Shown here: positions 30,024 through 38,765 of the stretch, piece by piece
Numbering within the stretch: the first letter of the stretch is position 1
Layout of the letters: each line of letters opens with the position of its first letter
Source: an uncultured virus (IMG/VR IMGVR_UViG_3300024303_004490)
Lineage: Duplodnaviria; Heunggongvirae; Uroviricota; Caudoviricetes
Direction: 5' to 3' (one strand)
IMG/VR virus record: IMGVR_UViG_3300024303_004490
DNA length: 64,000 bases
The notes under the pieces: generated by a model
Databases searched by the model: none
What the model was told of the DNA's origin: nothing
What the model saw: only the letters and a program-made list of their open reading frames with translations
Program-made: the position numbers and the translations under genes

Positions 30024-30314
30024 TTAACCTTCTACAATCTTGTATCCGTTGTATTTGAAATTCTTAACCATCTCAATGGCTGTTTGAAGAGCTATAACAA
30101 AGTCCTCTGTTTGCTCAATAGTTTTTGTTCCGCAAGCTGACCAGTTGAGTCCGAGCTGAATGGTTGCATTAGGGTCTCCCCAGGTGGGCAACTCGTATGC
30201 TTCGATTCTGTCATCGGAAAGGCGCCTGATTTCCTTTGTAAGGGCTCTGTATTCGTTTCTGAATTCTTCGTAAGCAACTGTCTTTACCATTTTAAAAGCC
30301 TCCTTAACGCTCAA
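30024..30314 (-). CDS. small hypothetical protein (cassette 2)
   Basis: 96 aa, overlaps the upstream gene; start uncertain. Confidence 0.6.
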   Translation of the reverse strand: MSVKEAFKMVKTVAYEEFRNEYRALTKEIRRLSDDRIEAYELPTWGDPNATIQLGLNWSACGTKTIEQTEDFVIALQTAIEMVKNFKYNGYKIVEG

Positions 30315-30492
30315 TTCTGAAAAGGAAATCGCCGTCGTTGGAAACTGCGAAATCGGTTACAATGCAATCATCAAATGTGTCGGGGATAGACTTCATCGAG
30401 CCTTCGAAGTAAGTCTTGTCCAGGCTTGTGTTTGCAAGGGTTACTGTTGCGTTTCGGTTAATCAGTTCGTAAAATTTGTAAAGCTTAATCAT
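30304..30492 (-). CDS. small hypothetical protein (cassette 2)
   Basis: 62 aa directly after a repeat promoter. Confidence 0.6.
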   Translation of the reverse strand: MIKLYKFYELINRNATVTLANTSLDKTYFEGSMKSIPDTFDDCIVTDFAVSNDGDFLFRIER

Positions 30493-30501
30493 TGGAATGT
30501 T

Positions 30502-30608
30502 CTCCGTTCTTTATTGTGTACCCATATTAACTCTAAAAGCCTGATATATCCAGTCATTTCGGAGATATATATTACACAATCATTTGCACAGAAAACTGTG
30601 TATTTTAT
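30502..30608 (-). repeat. promoter-containing direct repeat R2
   Basis: 30540-30608 is identical (69 bp) to 32393-32461; the left part matches R1. Confidence 0.9.
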
Positions 30609-30841
30609 TGCACCATTTCCGCTGTGTGCTTATGGATGACATCAAGGATTTTGTCCTGTTCGGAAACGGGTAGACCGAGAGTTTCAAGAGACTCACGGAT
30701 TCCGCAATCAGGGCATATCATAGTTTCGTTGTCTGTTCTTGAAAGAGCAGGAACACCGTTATATTCTTTTCCGCATTTGGGGCATATACCCCTGCGTGTA
30801 TTATTGGTTTTCATAGTGAACCTCCTTATAACTTTCAGCAT
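30605..30841 (-). CDS. small Zn-ribbon protein
   Basis: CPKCG..PALSR..ICPDCG. Confidence 0.7.
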   Translation of the reverse strand: MLKVIRRFTMKTNNTRRGICPKCGKEYNGVPALSRTDNETMICPDCGIRESLETLGLPVSEQDKILDVIHKHTAEMVQ

Positions 30842-31277
30842 AGGCTTTCATAAGATAAAGCTGTTCGAACCTGAAATTTCTGTAACCCTCACTGCAAACG
30901 GAAATGTATCCGGTGGAGGGTAAACCCAAAGGTCGGTCTTCGTGCATAATGTAAATGAAACAATCACGCTCTCTGACCTTGTCGGTTATAATACCTTTGA
31001 TTTTCAAGCGGAGTTCCTTTTTATAATAGAAGTCCGGATAGCCTTCATATCGGTCGAGTCTTAACTCATCCCTTTCATCGACTTCCCAAACCCCCAAAGG
31101 TACTCTCGAACCCTTTTTCGGTTCGACTGTAAGGTAAGAACCTGTCTTACTGCCTTTGAAAAGCAATTGATAATCTTCAAGCCAGGCCGTGCCTATGACT
31201 TTTGCATTGGGGCAGCGGTAACGCATTTGAGCAACATTCAGGTTGCTACCATAAGCTACATAGTATCGTTTGTTCAT
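30801..31277 (-). CDS. gamma-glutamylcyclotransferase (AIG2-like)
   Basis: YVAYGSNL; LDRYEGYP. Confidence 0.88.
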   Translation of the reverse strand: MNKRYYVAYGSNLNVAQMRYRCPNAKVIGTAWLEDYQLLFKGSKTGSYLTVEPKKGSRVPLGVWEVDERDELRLDRYEGYPDFYYKKELRLKIKGIITDKVRERDCFIYIMHEDRPLGLPSTGYISVCSEGYRNFRFEQLYLMKAYAESYKEVHYENQ

Positions 31278-31392
31278 TTTTTATCATCCTTTCCGAAAGG
31301 GTATCCCTTTCACCACCATAAGGACGGTCAAGCCGTCCGAGGTGTTTATAGGGTCTGTCCCTTCGGTCAATTTTTGGTTAACCGCTGTTCCT

Positions 31393-32343
31393 TCAAGCTG
31401 CGTCTCTTCCGTTACGGAAGGCTGCATCTCCTGTAAGGTTTTTTGTAAGGAAATCTCTTGCTGTTTCAAACTCCTCACCGATGAAACCCAAGCGGAGTAA
31501 CCAGGTTCTCATTGCGTATTTTGGGTTTTCGTTCTGCTGTGGTTTCGAACTTGCTGTTCTTACTTCCTTTGCCATTTGACTGAGGGCAAGGCAAAGCTGA
31601 ATGTAACTTTTAAGCTGTCCTGCGTGGATGCCGTTTCTTCTTTCGGCAGTCGGTGCATCGAATTGGAAAAGCCTGAACTCAACTGTACCCTTTGTGAAGG
31701 TTGCGTGGAGGTTAAGCATATGGTATCTGCTGTCGTTGTAGTGTCCGCTTCTGTTCCAAGAAGCTCCTTGTGTACCGTACCAAATGTCTGCAAGGTCGGA
31801 CATTGTTTTCGGCTTCTTTTGGTTGAGTTTTGAAAGAAATCTTGCATCAACTGTTCGACAGTATCTTTCCATTCTGTAGCTGTCCAGTTTAAGGGATTGT
31901 GCAAGAAGGTCTTCGTGGCTTGCCATGATGTTTGCCAGGTTGCGAAGTGTCTGCGGTGTGTGGCCTTTTGCTCCGATGTGAATGTGAACTCCGCATCCTC
32001 TTGTTGCATCGCTCTTTGCTCCGGCTTTGCGAAGCTTTCTGCAAAGTTCCTGTAAAAGTTCAATGTCCGTGTATTTAAGAATCGGTGTAACAAGTTCGCA
32101 TTTTTGTTCGTCGGGTCCGTTGATGCTGACATCCTTTGAGAATTTCCATTCTCTGCCTTCGCTATCCCAAGCTGACCAGGTTTCGTAGCCGTTTCGTGAG
32201 GCTGTGTATTCGTAGCGGTCTGTGCCGAAAAGCTCGGCTGCAAGGCGGGCTGCATTCTTTCTGGTGATGTTGTTCATTTCAACCTCAACCCCTATGGTCT
32301 GCTTCTTCATTTCCTCAATCTGTCTTTGTGTTTTTGTATTCAT
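31393..32343 (-). CDS. putative amidoligase (COOH-NH2 ligase type 2)
   Basis: IGVEVE; DVSI; ELVTPIL; CGVHIHIG; RYHMLN; GTVEFR. Confidence 0.88.
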   Translation of the reverse strand: MNTKTQRQIEEMKKQTIGVEVEMNNITRKNAARLAAELFGTDRYEYTASRNGYETWSAWDSEGREWKFSKDVSINGPDEQKCELVTPILKYTDIELLQELCRKLRKAGAKSDATRGCGVHIHIGAKGHTPQTLRNLANIMASHEDLLAQSLKLDSYRMERYCRTVDARFLSKLNQKKPKTMSDLADIWYGTQGASWNRSGHYNDSRYHMLNLHATFTKGTVEFRLFQFDAPTAERRNGIHAGQLKSYIQLCLALSQMAKEVRTASSKPQQNENPKYAMRTWLLRLGFIGEEFETARDFLTKNLTGDAAFRNGRDAA

Positions 32344-32376
32344 TTTTGTGTCCTCCGTGTTTCTTAATGTGTCTGT

Positions 32377-32461
32377 ATATTACCGTCAATTCCCTGATAT
32401 ATCCAGTCATTTCGGAGATATATATTACACAATCATTTGCACAGAAAACTGTGTATTTTAT
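32377..32461 (-). repeat. promoter-containing direct repeat R3
   Basis: shares the 69-bp identical segment with R2. Confidence 0.9.
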
Positions 32462-32470
32462 GGTGGATTT

Positions 32471-32701
32471 TTACTCTTCGATTATCTTACAGGAGTCCTC
32501 TCCGTAGGCTACGCCGAGAGACGAACCACAATCCCAACGCACATGGATTGTACCCATATCATCAACAAATCGAACTGTGCCACGACAACCGGGTACAAGC
32601 TTTGTATTATAAGGGTCATCCATTTTTACAAGTTCGACCCTGGTACCCTCCGTATACTTTTCCTTAAGTGATTTTACAACCGCTTCACTTGGGATAATCA
32701 T
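32471..32701 (-). CDS. DUF4314-like SH3-fold small protein
   Basis: GTRVELVKMDDPY..GTVRFVDDMGTIHVRWDCGSSL. Confidence 0.8.
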   Translation of the reverse strand: MIIPSEAVVKSLKEKYTEGTRVELVKMDDPYNTKLVPGCRGTVRFVDDMGTIHVRWDCGSSLGVAYGEDSCKIIEE

Positions 32702-33438
32702 TATTCTTCCTCCTTTTCTTTCTTGTGTCCGTTCTTGAATGCTGCCGAACCCGTAAAGTTCTGAAGCAGAATTTTTCTTTCGGTCTTATATTCCGCACCG
32801 ATGAAACCGAGCCTTAAAAGGAAACAGCGGAAAGCGTACTTTTCATTTTCAACTGTTTTCTCACCTTTGTTAATGCGAGTGAGCTTCTTTGCCATTTCGC
32901 AAAGTGCCGTTACAAAATGCATATAGGCTTTGACTTCATCCGGGTTCGATGTTTCTTTGAACCAGGGAAAATCTATTTTTTCACCGAATGTATGAATGGT
33001 AAGGTTATCTGTACCGAGTGCTTTTTTTATAAGGTCGGCTTTTGAATCAATCAGGTCTTTAAGGTTCTGCAGAGCCTTTTCATCGAAGTGTTCTTTAGGC
33101 ATCTGAATGATGATTCCCATTTCTTCCTGCTCTTCAAGCCTCTGTTCGATGAGCATTTCTTCGATGTCTTCTTCGCTGTAGGCCTCGCTTGTGGTTTCGT
33201 TGCTGAAATCCTCAAGTTCGAACCCCTCATTGTGAAGGTGTTCGAGAAGTCTTTCAACAACCTCTCCGCCGAGTCCGCTGTCGAATGTAAGGGTGCCGTT
33301 TTTGTCAATTGTGAAGCAACCGACCTGGTAAGCAAAGGTAGGGGCTCCGAGATAGTTTACTTCGTGGCCTGCCCATTTTGCTATGGTCAATGCGAGCTGC
33401 TTTCTTTTGTTACCGGGTACATTGTAATTTACTGTCAT
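32701..33438 (-). CDS. phage protein sharing its C-terminal domain with the amidoligase
   Basis: YLGAPTFAY N-terminus; ENEKYAFRCFLLRLGFIG C-terminus. Confidence 0.75.
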   Translation of the reverse strand: MTVNYNVPGNKRKQLALTIAKWAGHEVNYLGAPTFAYQVGCFTIDKNGTLTFDSGLGGEVVERLLEHLHNEGFELEDFSNETTSEAYSEEDIEEMLIEQRLEEQEEMGIIIQMPKEHFDEKALQNLKDLIDSKADLIKKALGTDNLTIHTFGEKIDFPWFKETSNPDEVKAYMHFVTALCEMAKKLTRINKGEKTVENEKYAFRCFLLRLGFIGAEYKTERKILLQNFTGSAAFKNGHKKEKEEE

Positions 33439-33469
33439 TGGTATGACCTCCTTTAAATTTGGTAGTCAC

Positions 33470-33506
33470 ATATTACCGTCAGGTGTGAGATATATCCAGT
33501 CATTTC
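33470..33506 (-). promoter_or_regulatory. promoter repeat R4 (ACTGGATA-N17-TAATAT)
   Basis: read directly. Confidence 0.75.
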
Positions 33507-33615
33507 TGCATATTCGGATGTAGAATAAAAGCCTCAATTTTATGTGCTTTATTGTGTACTATACACACCCCAAAAAAGAACTGTTAGGAAATTCCGAATT
33601 GTTCAAAAGGAGGTC

Positions 33616-33654
33616 AGAGGCATACCGAAAAAGGAGCAAAATCGGTATGCCTCT
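33616..33654. terminator. inverted repeat after the C5 methyltransferase
   Basis: AGAGGCATACCGA...TCGGTATGCCTCT. Confidence 0.6.
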
Positions 33655-33702
33655 GTTTTGGAGGACACATACGCCGAAAGTGCGTAAAATGGAGTTGGTT
33701 AT

Positions 33703-36009
33703 TTAATCAGAGAAAGCATAATAAGCAATGCCGGCAAGAACAAAGAAAACACACGGCAGAGCTACTCCGTTGCCCCACATCTTATACTCTGCAGCATCGG
33801 AGTAGGGGTCGGTTAACCATTTCCTTATTTGCTTTTCTGTTTTCGGCTTTGAAGAGCCGTTTGTTATGATTCTATAAGATTCAAAGACTTCACTCCAGAA
33901 TTGCACATCTTCTTCAGTGGGGTCGCTATTAAGATTTGAACACCACCAATCAGGAAAGCCCTGTAGCCTGGCACATTCTGTGGGTGTAAGTCTTCGAACT
34001 GCATAATGGGGATCTATAATGCCGTTTTGATAACCGGGGTTCGTACCATTCACAAGGGTGTTTGATACATTAGTTCTCGGTGATTGGCATTCCGCTTTCA
34101 TCTGCGGATAAAATGACACCGGTTGTGCTACAGCACCGGGGCCACGGGAAGTGAGCGTAGGTTGTTTGTCTTTTTCAATGCCCGGTTTATACTGTGCGTT
34201 CTGACCTTGATTAAAGGCTGCACGGTCTATTCCGTAGCAAGGTTCATTTACGATTGCAGCATCTTTATAATCTCTTGAAAGAAGAGTTGGAGATTTTTCT
34301 TTTATCGGCTGTGCATAATATCCGGTGGTCATCGAGTAAACCGCGTGTCGGTCAACAGTATTGAGAGTATACATAACATCGGATTCTTTGAAACCATCAC
34401 CTTGGTGAGAGGGTCGAGAACCATTACCTTCAATAACAATAGTTTTATCCTTGACGCAAACAGCGGGTTCACCACCATGAGTACAGGCAAGAGTAGGAGC
34501 AACCTCCTCACTTACACTGCACGAGCTTTTACCCCCACCTTGGTCTACACACACCACAGCAATACCGCCTTGATTGCAACCGGGATTTCCTCCGTTGGCA
34601 TCAAGGGTTCTGCTTGTATCTGCTTCATAAATACCGCTGTGAGGGTTATCGGACAGCATCGCATTTGATTTATCGGCACTAATACCGAAAGGTTGAAGAA
34701 CGCAATTGAAATGGTTTTTGTCAGGCATTCGCTGACTACCACCGGCATTATGAGCTGTAAGGGTTCCGGCTGTTTGTTCACCATCCCAATTACACGGCTC
34801 AAAAAGAGTCTGATCATTGTTGCAAGCGAGGGTTGCCGATTTGTTTTCCTGTATCAAAGGACCCTTCCCACCGCCTTCACAGCCACTGCGTATTTTCATA
34901 ACGAGAGGGACATTCCCTCCACCTGTTCCCATTCGGGAAGTTAGGGTTTGTATTGTTTCACTCTCGTCAAGTTTAACTCTGCTGTCTGCCGGATGATTCT
35001 CAAGAGCGATTGCGGCCGGAACAACCCCTGCACGGAGTGTAGGTGAGCGTTCCTCTTCATATCCTATGGTTCGGCTTTTGGCTGAATGCTCTGTACAAAA
35101 ACCTGCGGACTCCATTACACACGGAGGATGATGTGCTTCGGCTCTTAATGTAGCCGTAACATCTTCTGTTACATCCATTCGGCTTCCGCCTTGGTCATTC
35201 AGAATAATTCCGTTCCTACCTGTGGACATCCCACAGTTCACTCCAAGAGTTGAAGAAACCTCATCGGTTACGACTCCGTTATAGCCATCGAAGCCTGACG
35301 CTCCAACGCAAGTCGAAGAACCTCCGGTAGCTCTTTGCCACGCACGGAAGCTCTCCGCAGAATACCTTGACAGGCCTTCTGACTCAAATAGTATTTTTCC
35401 GGCACTCCTACTTGCAAAATCTGCGACAAGATAGATGCGTTTTCTTCGTTGGGGTACTCCGAAATATTGTGCGTCAAGAACGCGGTAAGCAATGCTCCAT
35501 CCGTCTCCCATGATAAGGTCGGCGTAAGCCCATCTTCCTTTTTCAGGCATAGGCACCTGGGCATTCGGTTCGATGACACCAATGAACGCTTCGAGTACGG
35601 CACGGAAATCTTCGCCTTTGTTTGAGGAGAAGGCTCCGGGGACATTTTCCCAGACTGCGTATCTTGGGTATTTGCCATTTGTGGCACACCTCATTTCTTT
35701 TATAATTCTGATTGCTTCATAAAACAAAACCGACTGTGTTCCATCAAGTCCGGCTCTCTTACCCGCAACTGACATATCCGTGCAAGGAGAACCAAATGAG
35801 ATTATATCGACGGGTTCAACTTCTGCACCATTGATTTTTGAAACATCTCCGTAGTGTTTCATGAAAGGAAGTCGCTTTGTTGTTACCCTTATAGGGAACG
35901 GCTCAATCTCCGATGCCCACACAGGAGTAATTCCTGCAAGCAAACCACCTAAAGGAAACCCACCAGACCCATCAAAGAGACTGGCGAGCGTTAATGTATT
36001 ATCTTTCAT
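33703..36009 (-). CDS. C5-cytosine DNA methyltransferase with very long variable region
   Basis: LFDGSGG (I); GSPC (IV); ENV (VI); QRRKR (VIII); RRLTPTECARLQGFPD (IX); GNGV (X). Confidence 0.93.
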   Translation of the reverse strand: MKDNTLTLASLFDGSGGFPLGGLLAGITPVWASEIEPFPIRVTTKRLPFMKHYGDVSKINGAEVEPVDIISFGSPCTDMSVAGKRAGLDGTQSVLFYEAIRIIKEMRCATNGKYPRYAVWENVPGAFSSNKGEDFRAVLEAFIGVIEPNAQVPMPEKGRWAYADLIMGDGWSIAYRVLDAQYFGVPQRRKRIYLVADFASRSAGKILFESEGLSRYSAESFRAWQRATGGSSTCVGASGFDGYNGVVTDEVSSTLGVNCGMSTGRNGIILNDQGGSRMDVTEDVTATLRAEAHHPPCVMESAGFCTEHSAKSRTIGYEEERSPTLRAGVVPAAIALENHPADSRVKLDESETIQTLTSRMGTGGGNVPLVMKIRSGCEGGGKGPLIQENKSATLACNNDQTLFEPCNWDGEQTAGTLTAHNAGGSQRMPDKNHFNCVLQPFGISADKSNAMLSDNPHSGIYEADTSRTLDANGGNPGCNQGGIAVVCVDQGGGKSSCSVSEEVAPTLACTHGGEPAVCVKDKTIVIEGNGSRPSHQGDGFKESDVMYTLNTVDRHAVYSMTTGYYAQPIKEKSPTLLSRDYKDAAIVNEPCYGIDRAAFNQGQNAQYKPGIEKDKQPTLTSRGPGAVAQPVSFYPQMKAECQSPRTNVSNTLVNGTNPGYQNGIIDPHYAVRRLTPTECARLQGFPDWWCSNLNSDPTEEDVQFWSEVFESYRIITNGSSKPKTEKQIRKWLTDPYSDAAEYKMWGNGVALPCVFFVLAGIAYYAFSD
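35268..35687 (-). CDS. nested alternative-frame gene, M.EcoHK31I beta-subunit-like
   Basis: +1 frame inside the MTase; LSQIL..VPEKYYLSQKACQGILRRA..RGKELP. Confidence 0.7.
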   Translation of the reverse strand: MPQMANTQDTQSGKMSPEPSPQTKAKISVPYSKRSLVSSNRMPRCLCLKKEDGLTPTLSWETDGALLTAFLTHNISEYPNEENASILSQILQVGVPEKYYLSQKACQGILRRASVRGKELPEVLRLALERQASMAITES

Positions 36010-36022
36010 ATATTAACCCTCC

Positions 36023-37273
36023 TTAAAAAAGAGGAATAACATCGTCTTCACCGGAAACCTCGTCAAAACTGTATGTTAAGCCGTCACGCTGCACGGAAAC
36101 TTCTGCCGAAGAGCCGACCTGCTCAATATACCTTTTTACGATTACATCGCAGAACTTCTCATCAAGCTCTACAGTGTAGCAAATTCGGTCGGTCTGTTCA
36201 CAGGCAATAAGGGTACTGCCCGAACCACCGAAGGGGTCAAGGACGATTGAGTTTGACATACTTGAATTCATAATGGGATAGGCAAGAAGCGGTATAGGTT
36301 TCATTGTAGGATGTTCACCGTTTTTCTTCGGCTTATCGAATTCCCAAATGGTCGATTCTTTTCTTCCTGTGTACCACAAATGCTTACCCTTTTTCTTCCA
36401 TCCGAAAAGGCAAGGCTCGTGCTGCCACTGATAAGGACTCCTGCCAAGCACTAATGACTGTTTTTTCCAAATGCAACAACCTGAAAGATTGAAGCCAGCG
36501 TCGTTGAATGCTTTTCTGAAATTCAAACCCTCTGTGTCTGCATGGAAAACATAAATGGAAGCATCATCTGCCATAGCACTTTCAGTGCATTTGAAAGCAT
36601 CAAGAAGGAAATTATAAAATGAATCGTTATCCATATTATCGTTTTTGATTTTACCAGCCGAACCTTCGTAGTTTACATTGTAGGGAGGGTCGGTAATAAC
36701 GAGGTTTGCTTTCTTACCACACATGAGCAGTTCAAAAGTTTCTGCTTTAGTGCTGTCACCGCAGACGAGTCTATGTCTGCCAAGTGTCCACACGTCACCG
36801 GGTTTAGAAAAAGACGGGTTTTGGAGTTCGGCTTCAACATCGAAGTCATCTTCCTTTATCCCGTCCTTAACGCTATCTTTAAATAAATCATCAAGCTCTG
36901 CTGTTTCAAAGCCTGTGAGGCTTACATCAAAATCCGCAGCCTGGAGATCAGTGATAAGAAGAGCAAGTTTATCTTTATCCCACTCACCGCTGATTTTATT
37001 AAGAGCGATGTTGAGAGCCTTTTCTTTTTCTTCTGAAAGTTCGACTACAACGCAGTCAACTTCGGTGTAGCCCATATCCATAAGAACCTTGAGTCGCTGA
37101 TGACCGCCAACAACTTTTCCGGTGGTCTTGTTCCATATCACGGGTTCGACATAACCGAACTGTTCAATTGAACGCTTCAGCTTTTCATACTCGGCATCAC
37201 CGGGTTTGAGGTCTTTTCGAGGATTATATTCCGCTGGCAGAAGTTCTGCTACTTTCTTTTTCTCAATAATCAT
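36023..37273 (-). CDS. ParB-N-terminal N6A/N4C DNA methyltransferase (beta class)
   Basis: YNPR..VVGGHQR ParB domain; DPPY; HPTMKP; DPFGGSGST. Confidence 0.93.
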   Translation of the reverse strand: MIIEKKKVAELLPAEYNPRKDLKPGDAEYEKLKRSIEQFGYVEPVIWNKTTGKVVGGHQRLKVLMDMGYTEVDCVVVELSEEKEKALNIALNKISGEWDKDKLALLITDLQAADFDVSLTGFETAELDDLFKDSVKDGIKEDDFDVEAELQNPSFSKPGDVWTLGRHRLVCGDSTKAETFELLMCGKKANLVITDPPYNVNYEGSAGKIKNDNMDNDSFYNFLLDAFKCTESAMADDASIYVFHADTEGLNFRKAFNDAGFNLSGCCIWKKQSLVLGRSPYQWQHEPCLFGWKKKGKHLWYTGRKESTIWEFDKPKKNGEHPTMKPIPLLAYPIMNSSMSNSIVLDPFGGSGSTLIACEQTDRICYTVELDEKFCDVIVKRYIEQVGSSAEVSVQRDGLTYSFDEVSGEDDVIPLF

Positions 37274-38052
37274 ACGAGACCCCACTCGGCAAATTTCTCA
37301 AAGCCACCAATGTCGCTTATGTATTTTCTTGCCGTTTCTACAATTTCAGAATAAGGAACACCGTTTACTTTCTCATCACCGATTGAACAGCAAAACTCAA
37401 CAGGCTTACCCGTTTTCTGTGCTTCAAGGAAAGCATAAATATTTACGCTCACATCAGCCTTTGATAAGTCCTTACCGTGAAGGCCACCACCGGTTACTCC
37501 ATCGGCCATATCAGAACCGAGCTTTCTGTTTGTAGCACCCGTGTCAACATTAATACCACCGGTCCAGTCACCGAGAGGATTTACCTTTGCGCCGGGATAC
37601 AGTCTTTCAAGAATGCGAGAAGAAACATTGCTCTGACAAATGGTGAGTTCGATGCCGTTGATTATGAACTTACCATCATAAGGGCAGAGACTATATAAAT
37701 CTCTTGCAATATGTGACAGTTCTTTTTGTTCGGGTGTTAAAGGCATACCTTTAAAGATGCCGTTATCACCACAGCGGATTGTATTCTTCTGATTGTTTGC
37801 GAGATGCTTATCCTGGGGTACGATATGAATATCGAAACCGACATTACCTGCAATTCTTGCTATAACCTTGGCTACATCAATTTCATCAATGTCAGCAGAG
37901 GTTTCAACAATCACCGTGCAGTTTCCGTGACCGATAAGAACCTCAACTGCAATCTTGGGGTCTTTTTCTTTTCTGTATGCCAGGTCAACAATACCCCCGG
38001 CAATTCTGTCCGCTATCTTATCAGGATGCGAAGGGTTTACTTTTTCAAACAT
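37270..38052 (-). CDS. metK: compact S-adenosylmethionine synthetase
   Basis: HPDKIAD; GDNG; DTGATNRK; GGGLHGKDLSKAD; start reassigned to MFEKVNP. Confidence 0.85.
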   Translation of the reverse strand: MFEKVNPSHPDKIADRIAGGIVDLAYRKEKDPKIAVEVLIGHGNCTVIVETSADIDEIDVAKVIARIAGNVGFDIHIVPQDKHLANNQKNTIRCGDNGIFKGMPLTPEQKELSHIARDLYSLCPYDGKFIINGIELTICQSNVSSRILERLYPGAKVNPLGDWTGGINVDTGATNRKLGSDMADGVTGGGLHGKDLSKADVSVNIYAFLEAQKTGKPVEFCCSIGDEKVNGVPYSEIVETARKYISDIGGFEKFAEWGLV

Positions 38053-38086
38053 AATGTTAATCCTTTCCGAGCTGTATGCTCTTTGT

Positions 38087-38644
38087 TTATTTTCTTCCCT
38101 TGCGAGCTTGCAGCAAACGCTCCATAGCATCGTCCTGGGGTGTTGCACCTCCATACTCTCCGGTGCAGTTTTCTTTGACAATCTGGAAAATCTCCATCCA
38201 CAGTCTGTTGGTCTGTGACATGAAGTTTTGAGCCATAGCTACATAGGGACTCTGAATCGCATTACCCGTCGTTGGGTGTTTCGCAAGGAAACCGAACTCG
38301 GTAATTGCCGTTTCGCATTGAATCCATCTTGCTACGCTCATCGCATATCTTTCCAGGAGCTGCGGTGAAACCAAGGCGGTACATTTTCTTTCCGCCAACC
38401 ACTGCCAGGTTGTTTCATACACATCGGCAGCTATCAGTTTCTTACCGTCTTTTTGGGTTGCAGATAACATCTCGGAAGGTTTCGGCATCGGTTGACCTTC
38501 TAAATCGACTGAATCATTATTAAAGTCGATGACAGTCAGCTTTCTTTTTCCGGGGTTTCCTTCAGCAATTTTATCTGCAAGAGGCTTCTTTTTAGCACCC
38601 GAGCCAACACGAGCGCCGCCTCTATTGGTGCCGTCTTTTGCCAC
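38087..38644 (-). CDS. terminase small subunit (P27 family)
   Basis: RGGARVGSGAK; GNPGKRKL; QSPYV. Confidence 0.88.
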   Translation of the reverse strand: MAKDGTNRGGARVGSGAKKKPLADKIAEGNPGKRKLTVIDFNNDSVDLEGQPMPKPSEMLSATQKDGKKLIAADVYETTWQWLAERKCTALVSPQLLERYAMSVARWIQCETAITEFGFLAKHPTTGNAIQSPYVAMAQNFMSQTNRLWMEIFQIVKENCTGEYGGATPQDDAMERLLQARKGRK

Positions 38645-38659
38645 TTTTTTACCTCCTTT

Positions 38660-38762
38660 TTAGTATTTAGGGGTTAATACCCCCTTTGAAATCGCGGTTT
38701 TGTGCGTGATACCCCACGCCCGTTGCACAAAAAATTAGTCGTGGAGATTTTGACCGCCCCTA
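38660..38762 (-). other. probable cos/packaging region
   Basis: G-rich GGGGCGGTCAAAATCTC..GGGCGTGGGG between HNH and terS, the usual cos location. Confidence 0.5.
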
Positions 38763-38765
38763 CCA

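Noticed and set aside
31560..32255. 231-aa alternative-frame ORF inside the amidoligase, and similar shadow ORFs such as 8008..8571
   Set aside because: No recognisable motif or RBS. Explained by codon bias of the real gene, unlike the nested MTase ORF.
29433..33506. Repeats R1-R4 as a CRISPR array or integron attC sites
   Set aside because: Spacing is 1-2 kb with whole genes between, the repeats contain promoter hexamers, and there is no cas or integron integrase gene.
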